Positions 50,851 through 62,540 of a stretch of DNA of 64,000 nt are shown here, piece by piece. The notes under the pieces were generated by a model. The model ran no database searches. It saw only the letters and a list, made by a program, of their open reading frames with translations, and was not told where the DNA came from. The DNA comes from Octopus vulgaris. Its lineage: Eukaryota. The stretch covers positions 39,618,001 through 39,682,000 of the forward strand of contig OX597827.1 of assembly GCA_951406725.2 (NCBI GenBank). The letters run 5' to 3'. The number at the start of each line of letters is the position of its first letter. Within the stretch, counting starts at the first letter, position 1. A program made the position numbers and the translations under genes.

Positions 50851-51114
50851 ATGCTTGTGTAAGTGTGAAGTATGTGTCTTCTTGTCATGGCATGGCACAG
50901 TATTACCAGTATACAAGCAGTGTCCTTCCTTTTTAAGCTTTTATGAAAACGTCTGGCCTGAGGAAATAATAGTTGGTGATGGGAAGAGCATCTGGCAGTA
51001 GAAAACTTGCCTTAACAAATTCTGTCTGACCCGTGTAAGCAAGAAAAAGAGGATGTTAAAACTATAATGATATGATATATATGATATAATCATCATAATT
51101 ATTATCATTATTAT

Positions 51115-51576
51115 TGAGTGAGAGAGTAGTGCATGCCATCAAACTGACACTGGGGTAAAAATATACAAAGCCCAATATACCTATCATTAATACCCATCTG
51201 ATAAGGGTACACCATGCACATGCAGCACAACCATATGTGTGCCACATAGTGATCTTATATCAAGATAACCAGTGCATAACCTTGCAGTTGGGATCCAGTT
51301 AGGATTTTCTTCAGGCTGAGTTGCCCATCCCTCTCAAAAGGTCCCTGAATAAAGGTTGTTCGAGGATGTTGAACAAAACACCCATGTTTCCAAAGGTGAA
51401 TTATCAAAATCCCAAACAATTCCTCTCAACACATGGCTATGATGCTCCCTTGCTACTTCTGCTCACGATCAGACATGCACATATTGTCAGACACTAAGGG
51501 ACATGCTCCACTGGTTAAGGTCAAGCAACTGTCAAGCAAATCTGTGGTGCTGAGCAGAATATTTGCTGTAGCCCAT
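51115..51576 (-). mobile_element. (TAA)n-associated element, 5'-truncated
   Basis: Colinear with 61209-61668; (TTA)n on both sides. Confidence 0.8.
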
Positions 51577-51577
51577 G

Positions 51578-51618
<41 letters not shown>

Positions 51619-52252
51619 ATATCCACTTTTGCATGCTTGCAGGAGTTAGATGGAATCTGTTGAGGCACTTTTCCTACAGCTGGATACTCCTCTTTTTTCC
51701 AACCTTCACCTGTTTTAAAGCAAACAAAAATACTCTCCCATTACTAAGTGCTTTTCTCAGAAGACAGGAAGTGAACAGCATCGTATGTATGGCAATGATT
51801 CTTATTTACAACCATTATGTGGCGTCTAGACATAGGTACACACTCACATGCACATATATATTGTTTACATACAGCTTGAGCAGAAGGTCATTCCTTCCAT
51901 TTGCTATCAAGTGGAAATCTCAATAGACAGAACTACTTATTTATTGCATTATAGTATAAATGGGTGATTATTATACAAATACTTGTTGGCTTATCATAAA
52001 TCTCAAACAGAACAACCACGATGTAATGCATGGATTTTCAAATAATGATGCAGCCCGTCTGATGGACTTTCACAATTTCCATTTAACTAATTTCATGCAC
52101 AAATCTAAGGTCAAACCAAAATGATGGCTGAAGTAAAGAAAATTTCTATCTGACCTGTGTAAGCAAGGAAGAGAGGATGTTAAAATTATAACGATATGAT
52201 ATATATGATATCATCATCCTCATAATTATTATTATTATTATTATTATTATTA

Positions 52253-52470
52253 TTGAGTGAAAGAGCAGTGTACACCATCAAAGTGACACTGGGGTAAAAT
52301 ATACAAAGCCCAGTATACTCATCATGACTACCCGTCTGATAAGGGTACACCAGGCACATGCAGCACAACCATATGTGCGCGACATGGTGATCCCATATCA
52401 AGATAAACAGTGCATGACCTTGCAGGTGGGGCCCAGTTAGGATTTTCTTCAGGCTGAGTAGCCCATCCCT
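52253..52470 (-). mobile_element. (TAA)n-associated element, 5'-truncated
   Basis: About 215 bp of the element 3' end, next to (TTA)n. Confidence 0.8.
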
Positions 52471-53049
52471 GAGTAGGGCCAGATCCTAGATTCATGATTG
52501 AGAAAGGAACTTCTTTACCATTCAGCTATACTCCTACATTTGTATGTTTGTATATACATACACACATCAGTAAGTCATCATCATTTTAACATCCAATTTT
52601 TCATGCATAGGCTAGACAGAGTTATTGAGGCAGATTTTCTATGGCCTGACACCTTTCCTGCCATCAATCCTCACTTGTTTCCAACTAAGATATCATTTCC
52701 CCATGGCCAGACATGTTTTCATAGAATATCAGATATGAATTACACTGCTTGTATGACAAATCATTTACAATCATCATGCAATATCAAAATAAGGAGACAC
52801 ATACATACCCTCACACTCACACACATACACATACTGATTTCAAATTTTGGTACAAGGCCAGCAATTTCAGGAGAGGAGGCTAGTTGATTACATCGACTCC
52901 AATACTTGACTAGTATTTATTTTATCAACCCCAAAAGGATGAAAGGCAAAGTCAACCTCAGCAGAATTCAAATTCATAATGTGAAGGCAGATGAAATGCC
53001 ACTAAGCATTTCACCCAGCATGTCAACGACACATATGCATATATTGAAA

Positions 53050-53350
53050 TATACTATTTTACTGGTTTCAATGATTTGACTTCAGCCATGCTGGAGCACT
53101 GCCTTTAGTTGAACAAATCTACCCCAGGACTTATTCTTTGTAAGCCTAGTACTTATTCTATCAGTCTCTTTTGCCAAACCGTTGCATATATATTCACATA
53201 ATGAGCTTCTTTCAGTTTCTGTCAACCAAATCCACTCATAAGGCTTAGGTAGGTTCAAGTCTGTAGTAGAAAATACTTGCCCATAGTGTCTGTCATACAG
53301 TGGGACTGAACCTTAAACCATGTGATTGGGGAAGAAACTCCTTAACCAGA
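53050..53350 (-). mobile_element. SINE family B (internally deleted)
   Basis: gccatgctggagcactgcctttag...gagcttctttcagtttc. Confidence 0.8.
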
Positions 53351-53779
53351 GTCAAAGACCTTTTAAATAATTCAGTATGAAAAAATTTGATAGAATTATC
53401 TATCCTATCCACCCAAACAGATGCAGGAACGCACATACATACACGCACTCACAGACACACACACCTCTAAAATCCAGAAGAAAGAAGTAGTTTACAAAAG
53501 TTAAATGGGTACTGAGAAGGTGAAAAATGAATTGGGGTGGAATAATCTGGGTATAATTCAGGGGTTAGTTGGCATGACAACAAGAACTTTTAGGGATTTC
53601 CCCCATTAGCTTTCTTACACATGAGAAGATTTAGTTTCTCTATAAATACCCCCAAATACTCCTAAAGTTGTGAGAAATACTCCACCCTGATACACCCTTG
53701 GCATTGATTTCTATATGGTAACTGTATATTTGTTTTTTAATGTTTTTGTTTTCTTCTTAGTCATGCTACTGACAAATAA

Positions 53780-54360
53780 TATCATTATCACTACCACCAC
53801 TACCACCACAACCATCAGTACCACCACTGTCACTATCACTGCCATCACTACCACTACCATCACTACTACTGCCATCACTACCACCACCATCACTACCTCC
53901 GCCGTCATTACCACCGCCATCACCACTACCATCATCATTACCACTGCCATCACCACTACCATCATCATTACCACTGCCATCACCACTACCATCATCATTA
54001 CCACTGCCATCACTACTACCATCATCATTACCACTGCCATCACCACTGCCATCACCACTACCATCATCATTACCACCGCCATCACCATCATCATTACCAC
54101 TGCCATCACTACTACCATCATCATTACCACTGCCATCACCACTACCATCATCATTACCACTGCCATCACTACCATCACCATTGCTACCTCCATGAACACA
54201 GCCACAACCATCATCATCATCATTACCACTGCCATCACGACCACTGCCATCACTACCACTACCATCACTACTACCACCATCATTACCACAACTGTTACCA
54301 TCACTGCCACATCACAGCTACAACCTTCATCATGATCCCCACCACCACCACCACCACCAC
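53780..54360. repeat. Compound ACC/ATC/ACT repeat with a 30-bp higher-order unit
   Basis: accactgccatcaccactaccatcatcatt repeated; explains ORFs 53711 and 53715. Confidence 0.9.
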
Positions 54361-54419
54361 CAACATCTTTGTTTGTAGCAGCTACTTTTCCATACTAACA
54401 TGGGTTAAACTGAGGCAGG

Positions 54420-54660
54420 CTTGAAGTATGGCATGTTGTTACTTATCCCATTGCATTATTCACATTTGGGAAGACTGGGTACTTGAGATCAAACCTCACC
54501 ATATTCCTTCTTTCTTTCACATGTCATCCATTCATGTCATGTCCAATACAGTCGTCTCCCTGATGCATACATCAGCTGATGTCTTTAATACCCAGTAACA
54601 TGTTGGGTAAAATACCATTGTATCTTACCCAACTCATTTCTTTCCAACATGTAGTTGCCA
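54420..54660 (-). mobile_element. RTE-clade ORF2 fossil
   Basis: Minus strand LERNELGKIQWY (cf. LERNExxMLRW) and LGIKDIS*CMHQ followed by frameshifted RRLYW (cf. LGIxxIxxxxQERRLRWxGH). Confidence 0.6.
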
Positions 54661-54744
54661 CACATTCAGTACACATCTCCTGTAGCATCACCTCCTCTTA
54701 TCGAGCATTTTATGTCCACATCTCACTCCTATCTAGCACTGTTC

Positions 54745-55185
54745 CTATTATCCCACATTCTACATCCACACTTCACTACCATGTAGCACCACCTCCACCC
54801 CTTATCACACATTCTACATCCACACTTCACTACCATGTAGCATCACCTCCAGCCCTTATCACACATTCTACATCTACACTTCACTACCGTGTAGCACCAT
54901 GCCCACCTCTTATCACACATTCTACATCCATACTTCACTACTATGTAGCATCACCTCCACTCCTTATCATACATTCTACATCCACACTTCACTACCATGT
55001 AGCATCAGCCCCACCTCTCATCACACATTCTACGTCCATACTTCACTACCATATAGCATCACCTCCACCCCTTATCACACATTCCATGTCCACACTTCAC
55101 TACTATGTAGCATCAACCCCACCCCTTATCACATGTTCAATGTCCACATCTCTTTTTCATGGAGCACCACACCTCTTACACATGC
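54745..55185. repeat. 54-bp minisatellite (about 8 units, plus degenerate units to the left)
   Basis: tacatcca-type register at 54761, 54815, 54869, 54923, 54977, 55031, 55085 and 55139. Confidence 0.95.
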
Positions 55186-55464
55186 CTTTTCCTCTTGCAT
55201 GAGAAAAGTAACACTTTGTTGTCACTGGTGCTGTTTAGCCCTAGGTCAACTGTTTTTCAGCAGACCAATGATCAAAAGTATTCCAGCCAAGACCATACCA
55301 CTTTCTTGTTCTGTTTTTTTTTTTTTGAGACAGTGTACTGATAATAGTAGTAATGATGATGATGATGTCCATTATGGTGATGTTTTTGATGATGCTGGTG
55401 ATGGAGATGTTGATTATAACAATGATGATGATGATGATGATGATATAAATGGTTATGTTTTACA

Positions 55465-55864
55465 TTTTACTTGTTATAGTCATTAGACTGTGGCCATGCT
55501 GAAGCACTGCTTTGAATAATTTTTAGTTAAATGAATCACCTCCAGTACTTGTCTATTTTTCAGCTTGGTACTTATTCTATCAGTGTCTTTTGCTGAACCA
55601 CTAAGTTACAAGGACATAAATATGCCAACACTAGTTGCAAACTAGTGAAGTGGGGGACATAACACAGGCACAGACACATACAAATATATATATATATACA
55701 CACACACATATATATGATGAGCTTCTTTCAGTTTCCACTCACAAGGCTTTGGTCAGTCCAAGGTTATAGTATGAAACACAAGCCCAAGGTGCCATGCAGT
55801 GGGACTGAACCTGGAACCATGAGGCTGAGAAGCAAACTCCATACCACACAGCCACACCTGTGCC
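55465..55864 (-). mobile_element. SINE family B
   Basis: Reverse complement of the family B unit. Confidence 0.85.
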
Positions 55865-56220
55865 AATGTTGATGATGGTGCAGATGATGAAGACAACAAT
55901 AAAGTGGTGGGCTTCAAACTATAGAAAAGGTGAGATGAGATGTGAATGTGCTACCTTTCGCTGTAATGAAGCACATGGGTGGAGTGTGAGGTAAAGTTAT
56001 TTATTCTCTTAGTGTAAAGAAAAACCCCATCAAACACCCTTCAAAGCATTCAAAAGCAACACACACAACTGCAAGACTAAAGTTACACCAAGACTATTTA
56101 TAAGTAATAACCAGACGGCCCCTCTGTAATCTCACTTTCATATTACAGGTTTTGGCTTCCAATTCTTCATCCTTAATCACATGGATATACATTCTTACTG
56201 CATTTTGTCTTTTTTTTTTT

Positions 56221-56496
56221 GGCATTCCTTCGATATAACTTGACAAAATCAAAACATTTCACTTTGGGTATTTCCGTGGGTTATGGAGAATAGATTTAAC
56301 AAAATTATGCCAGCAATGTCTCATTTTAAACTTGAAGAAAAAAAGCCTTGCATATTTGTTCTTACCTGCTTCATGTATGTATGTAAAATCCGCTAATTTC
56401 CAAGCAGGAAACAGAATCGAACTGTCATTTGCTTCCACGGAAATATCCAAAGTGAAATGTTTTGATTTTGTTGAGTTATATCGAAAGAATGCCCTC
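56221..56496. mobile_element. MITE with ~59-bp TIRs (possibly Sola2-like)
   Basis: GGCATTCCTTCGATATAACTTGACAAAATCAAAACATTTCACTTTGGGTATTTCCGTGG and its near-perfect inverse at 56435-56493; the right end reads GAGGGC on the minus strand; T-tracts on both sides. Confidence 0.85.
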
Positions 56497-56875
56497 TTTT
56501 TTTACTCTTTTCTCTTTTGTTCTATTTTGTTAAAATTTATCAAAAATTTTATCGAAGAATAAAATAGGAAAATGATAAAAAAAGTAAATGACAATGAAGT
56601 TGTTGTAGTAGTTGTTTAGGCCAAGATTCCTGATTAAAAGTATTCAACCTATGTATATCTAGGACTATATTTGCCAGTGACCCTTTCTTTTTTATCTGAC
56701 AGTAGTGTATGTGATTTGAGAGATATTTGGCTGCTATGTCTCCAGTTCCTATTTACATTCTAAGTTCCAATCCCACTGAGGTTGACTTTGTCTTTCATCC
56801 ACTGGGGTCAATATAATTGACAAGCACCCACTGCCATCCCCAAATATTTCAGGTCTTGTGCCTATAGTAGAAAGG

Positions 56876-56910
<35 letters not shown>

Positions 56911-57485
56911 GGCAGGAAGCTGGCAGAATCGTTAGCATGCCAAGCAAAATGTGTCTCTACATTCACAGTCTTGATCCCACCAAGGGGTTCATCTTGTTGA
57001 GTTTGATAATAATAATAAGCAAGCAGTGAAATATTGAGGAACTAAAGCAATGTGGAATGAAAGTGTTGCAAGTCAGAAACAAAAAGAAACACTTCCAGTG
57101 GATTTGAACTCCTGCCTTAACAGCTGATAATCATCCAATACCTTATCCATTCAACCAATTTACTTTCCTACTGACTGACCTATTGCCCCCCTAGCATTGA
57201 TTAGGGCTTTTAATAGACACAGTGATATCTATTTTTAGAATTTTATTTATTTATCTGTTTGTTTCACATTTAGGGAGTTTCTCCAAATATTATGATTAGA
57301 ATTCCATAAAGTTGAGGTAACAGTAGGTCTGTGAATGGGGTGGGGTTCTATTCTTGATAAATTCCAATTTGGGGTTGGAACAGAGGAGGAATGGAATAAT
57401 GATTCAATTGTGCAAATAATATTTGCATTATTTTCCTTTGTACTTGTTTCTTATCAAGGGAGTGGTCTCTATCTGGAGAGAGAAT

Positions 57486-57529
<44 letters not shown>

Positions 57530-59158
57530 GTAGAGAGAGAAAGTGAGTGATAATGAGAAACAGAGGAAGAGAGTGAGCAACAAGGAGAGACAAAGACAAA
57601 AGGAGAGAGGAAGAAGTAAAAAGGGAATAAGGTATAAACACACAGCCACACACATATTTGGAGGTAAAAACAAGAGGAAGAGTACTAAATACATATAGTA
57701 ATTTATTCAGAAAAAGCTGATGATTCACAGTTACTACTCAATTTATTACTATGTGTGATCCATTCAGGTAACAAACAGTGACTACACACACATATTTATA
57801 CCAAAGTTGTACTTGTGCAGCAAGCGATTAGATCTGAGATTGTGTGTTCAAACTGAAAAAAATCACATCATGAAAGAACCATTTTAACAATTTAAAAACA
57901 CGCAAAAACTGTTAAATGCTTGAGGTGTCAAATATTTGTCGGGTTTTCATTTGAATAAAATGACTTCCCCTTCCCTAACTCTGTTTGTTTCTCCACAAAC
58001 TCCTTTTGTTAACTATAAATCTGTTCTTTCATATTTTAACTTAACACTGCCTAAAACCCTTTCTTCCATTCTCTCATTGCAAATTAAAAGGTGGCCCCAT
58101 ACCTACTGTGAAATGGTAGGAATTAAGAAGGGTGTCCAGTCATAGAAATCATGCCAAAACTAAAGCATTGTAGCAAGATAGCATTCTACTTGATTGTGTT
58201 GAACAGTCCAGCCCATTCCAGCATGAAAAGTCAATGTATCATCATACATACAAACAGATAGACAGACAGACAGATACACAAACAGACAGAAAGAAAACTA
58301 TATTCTCTAGAGTATAAACAATTACAAATTAGGATATAGTGTGTATTGATTAAAACACATTCATTCACACACAGTTTCACATACACATGTACAAATAAAA
58401 CATCTGACAGTCTTCAGAGAAACAGTGTTCTGTGATGTAGTGGAAGTCAGCTAACTAGCCAATATAGATAGGTTTTCCTAAAATAAAAGGAAGACAAAAA
58501 AAAATGAAAACAAAAACCACAAAAAACAACTAAATATATCTGTGAACAGTTGTTACATTTAGCCAACATATTTTAGGTCTGGTCAATGTGGTCTGGTCAC
58601 CAAATGTTTAAGCTGTAAATCATGGCAAGTCAGGGTTCTTTTCAACTACAGCATTTGGCCCCCCCAGAGAAACAATGAATAATTAACTAACCATAGGTTG
58701 TTGCTATAGAACCATTCTTTTATTCTTTCATTAGATGCCATCACTGGATAATGACCATGCTGGAACACCCCATTTTCAGTTTTTGATCACTTTTGTTGAC
58801 TTCAGTACTTTATCTATTACTCAGTTTGGAAAATCCATAGAAGGAGAAAAAGCAAAATAGAGCCAAGCAAGATTTGAACTCAGAACATAAAAAGACCTAA
58901 CCAAATATCACAAAATATTTTGTATGGTTCTCTATTGATTCTGCTATTATATATTTTTCAACATAAACTTCATTGCAAAATTAATTTAAGAAAAACCGAT
59001 AGAAGCACAAAAACTAACATCAGCTATGTTTCCATGTCTTCTTTTAAAAGCTTGTTATATTAGATCAATCAGTGTGTTGTTACGTGGCTGAGCAAGGTAT
59101 TTATTTCTGCTCTCTTGCTTTATCTTCAGTGCACCTGACTGACTGTCGGGCCTCCATC

Positions 59159-59217
59159 TCACTTCACAATCAAGTGGTTAGCAGTCGGAAAGTGAATATG
59201 ATTTGACAGACATTTAT
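59159..59217 (-). CDS. Candidate alternative terminal or stop-containing exon (phase 1: xKCLSNHIHFPTANHLIVK*)
   Basis: About 80-nt AG-free zone ending TTGTTTCTCTACAG|; stop at 59161-59159; AATAAA at 59105-59100. Confidence 0.4.
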
Positions 59218-59574
59218 CTGTAGAGAAACAATTATTCCGACAATTATGTAAAAGGTCAAAATTTGGAAAAACAACGAGAAAGACGGAAAAACGGTGCCCC
59301 TTCACCACCACCACCACCACGTAATGTATCATAGGAAATTAGAAATAAAACACTATAAACATGAATAAATTTGTGATAGACAAAACTAATTCAACAGACA
59401 ACAATTTATGTTTGTGTGTGAGTGTGTGTGTGTGTGTTTTATATATGATGTCAGTACCACTGACTTGTTTGCCATGATGAAGGTGATACAATCAGAATAG
59501 AGAATTGTTGTTTGTTTGTACAGCAGTACAGTACAGTTCTATAGACTTTAAGAGAACAATGAAATTAGATACTC

Positions 59575-59774
59575 TCATTTAGACACACGTATATATTTCT
59601 GTAAATGTACATATATGTATGCATATGTGTATATATGCATATATATATATATATATATATATATCAAATATGAATATAATATGCATATGTATATGCATAT
59701 ATGGATCTGTATTTCTGTATATGTATATATATCTATGCAGATGAGTAAGTACACACATATATTTATATTCATAC

Positions 59775-59827
<53 letters not shown>

Positions 59828-59915
59828 CAGGTATACATGTATATATACATATTTCTATATGCATATATGTGTGTACGTGTGAGTGTGTGTGTGTGTATAG
59901 ATATGTTTGTATATA
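59575..59915. repeat. Compound (TA)/(TACA)/(TG) microsatellite
   Basis: Explains four overlapping spurious ORFs. Confidence 0.9.
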
Positions 59916-60151
59916 CAGAGATATCTTATAGCTATAAACATTATCATCCTTCTCCACTCACATGAAAGCATTTACTTAAATTCACAGAGGAATAATGAAT
60001 AACACTTTCCCAATTTCTAATAATAAAGATGGCAATAAAGACACACGCAGTACAACACACACACACACGAACTCGTTTGTCTTGTGCAATCTATAAGCAG
60101 AATGGCCAAGAAGAATGAAGAACAATGTAAATGTGAAGAAAGAAATCTTAC

Positions 60152-60193
60152 AAGGTTCCACCACTCCACTATTACCACTACCATCCGAAGAAG
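60152..60193 (-). CDS. Candidate 42-nt exon, phase 1-1 (xSSDGSGNSGVVEPx)
   Basis: Strong U-tract with two TGC motifs; ...GATGTTAGACAG|CTTCTTCGG...GAACCTT|GTAAGA. Alternative acceptors would give 46 nt (from 60197) or 63 nt (from 60214). Confidence 0.5.
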
Positions 60194-60529
60194 CTGTCTA
60201 ACATCAAAAGAAAACTGAACAGGAGGAAAATAAAAAAGCAAAAAAAAAGCAGACATTCAACTGAGGAACTAGATGTAAACAATGTTATTTTGTGATGAAT
60301 TATTATTATTCAATATTGGCAGGTGCTCGCAGCCTTCTACTAGTCAGATAATGACTGTTAGTAGAACTTTCATATTAGCAATTTATAGAGGACTAATGGT
60401 GAGGAACAGTAACATCATTTTGAGAAAAAACACACAAGGTAATAACATGAAGGAACCGGTGGTGCTAGCTTAGAATGTGAGCAGAAGAACAAAGCTGTTT
60501 TACAAGCACAATTTAATCAACTAAACCCT

Positions 60530-60571
60530 TCTGGAAAAATTTCAGGCCTTGTACCTAAATTAGAAACATAA

Positions 60572-60619
<48 letters not shown>

Positions 60620-61170
60620 TATTACTATTGCGAGCTGGTAAAATCATTAGCATACTGGTCAAGTTGCTGCTAAGTATTTTGTTAGTCTTTACATTCTAAG
60701 TTTAAATTCTACCAAGGTTGACAGTGCTTTTCATCTTTTTGGGGGTCACTAGAATAAGTACCTGTGAAACATTGGGGTTGATGTAATTGATTAGTCCCTT
60801 CCCACAAAATTTCTGGCCTTGTGCTTTTAATAGAAAGGATTATTATTATCATTATTATAAAGAAGGTGCATGCCATCAAAGTGACATTGGAGTAAAATAC
60901 GTATACGAAGCCCATTATACCCATCATGACTACCTGTCTGATAAGGGTACATTAGGCACATGCATCACAACCATATGTGCACGATATGGTGATCTCCTAT
61001 CAAGATTAACAGCACATGTCTTCACATTCTGAGTTCAAATGCCACTGGGGTTGACTTTACCTTTCATCCTTTCAGGATCAATAAAATAAGAACCAGTTGA
61101 GGACTGGGGTTGATGTAATTGACCTGTCCCCTCTCCACAAATTTCATGCCTTGTGCTTATTGTAGAAAGG

Positions 61171-61175
<5 letters not shown>
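60530..61175 (+). mobile_element. SINE family A copies with an embedded fragment (60866-61018) of the TAA-associated element
   Basis: Family A tails ending in (TTA)n; fragment gtgcatgccatcaaagtgac...cagcacatg. Confidence 0.75.
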
Positions 61176-61208
<33 letters not shown>

Positions 61209-61209
<1 letters not shown>

Positions 61210-61765
61210 GAGTGAGAGAGCAGCGCATGCCATCAAAGTGACACTGGGGTAAAATATACAAAGCCCAGTATACCCATCATGACTACCCGTCTGATAAGTC
61301 TACACTAGGCACATGCATCACAACCATATGTGCACGACATGGTGATCTCATATCAAGATAAATAGCGCATGACCTTGCAGGTGAGGCCCAGTTAGAATTT
61401 TTTTCTTCTGGTTGAGTAACCCATTCCGCTCAAAAGGTCTCTGAATAAGGGTTAAGGATGTTGAACGAAGCACCCATGTTTCCAGAGGTGAATTATCCAA
61501 ACCTCTAAGAATTCCTTTCAACACATGGTTATGATGCTCCCCCACTACTTCTGCTCGTGATCAGAGATGCACATATCGTCAGCCACTAAGGGACATGCTC
61601 AACTGGTTAAGGTCAAACAACTGACATGCAAATCTGTGGTATTGAGCAGAATATTTGCTATAGCCCATCTTTTATACCAAGACAAAACAATGTACATGAT
61701 AACACTTCCAATCAGTTAAGATCAGAAGCCATGAGAGCCACTGCCTGGTACTGCACCAGGGCATT
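61209..61765 (-). mobile_element. Unclassified ~556-bp (TAA)n-associated retroelement, full length
   Basis: Minus strand starts ATGCCCTGGTGCAGTACCAGGC and ends GCTCTCTCACTC(AAT)n; embedded in (TTA)n on both sides; no ORF and no clear pol III A/B boxes. Confidence 0.85.
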
Positions 61766-62223
61766 TATTATTATTATTATTATTATTACGAAGGCAGTAA
61801 GCTGGCATGCTGAACAAAATGGTTTGCAGTATTTCATTTAACCTTACAGTGTGAGGAAAAATTCCACTGGTCAACTTTATCTTTTATCATCCTTTCAAGG
61901 TTGATAAAATAAGTACCAGTTGAGCACTGGGGTTGATTTAATTGACTAACACCCTCCCGCCAAAATTTTAGGCTATGTGCTTATAGTAGAAAGGATTATT
62001 ATTATTATTTTTATTATGGTTCAACACAACATATTCTGCTGATCTATCATTCTAATTATTGACGATGATGAAGTTGATGATAATAGTAATAATGGCTTCA
62101 AATTTTAGCAGAAGGGGTAAGTAATTTTAGGGGAAGGAGTAAGTCGATTACCTCAACCACAGTGTTCAACTGGTACTAACTTTATCAACTCTGAAAGAAT
62201 GACAGGTAATGTTGACATCAGTG

Positions 62224-62272
<49 letters not shown>

Positions 62273-62429
62273 AATAATAATAATAATAATAGGGAATTGC
62301 TCATATCCTACACAAAATACTTTCTATGTAATCTCAAGTTAAAACAAACATAATTTTCATGTTTTTTTTTTTAGACATTCACTAGTACAACACTAAATAC
62401 AAAACCAAATATATGGCACACTAGGCATA

Positions 62430-62537
62430 ACAACAACATGAACTTCGACCTGTTGTCTCTTGAGGTCTCTGGGTGAGACTTGGAGCCAATTTGTACAAAT
62501 ATAAAGCAAAAGTCAAACATAGAATAATAATAATAAT
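62430..62537 (+). mobile_element. Probable Dong-like LINE 3' UTR with (AAT)n tail
   Basis: ttgaggtctctgggtgagacttggag...caaacatagaataataat; loosely similar to ctaggattctgggtgtatcctagg in the adjacent element's 3' UTR. Confidence 0.45.
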
Positions 62538-62540
62538 ACT

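Noticed and set aside
57348-57480. Exon after the (CT)n tract (DRDHSLDKK...)
   Set aside because: The polypyrimidine tract is a microsatellite and there is no good donor.
58450-58530. Strong minus-strand acceptor TTTTATTTTAG|G
   Set aside because: No convincing donor and early stops; may simply be an A-rich tract.
18158-60193. Assigning a gene name (e.g. an ankyrin linker or a cell-adhesion molecule) to the microexon chain
   Set aside because: The architecture is suggestive but no peptide is recognisably homologous; needs flanking exons or a database search.
61545-61600. Hammerhead in the TAA-associated element (CTGACGA on the minus strand)
   Set aside because: No GAAA box or stem III in the required position.
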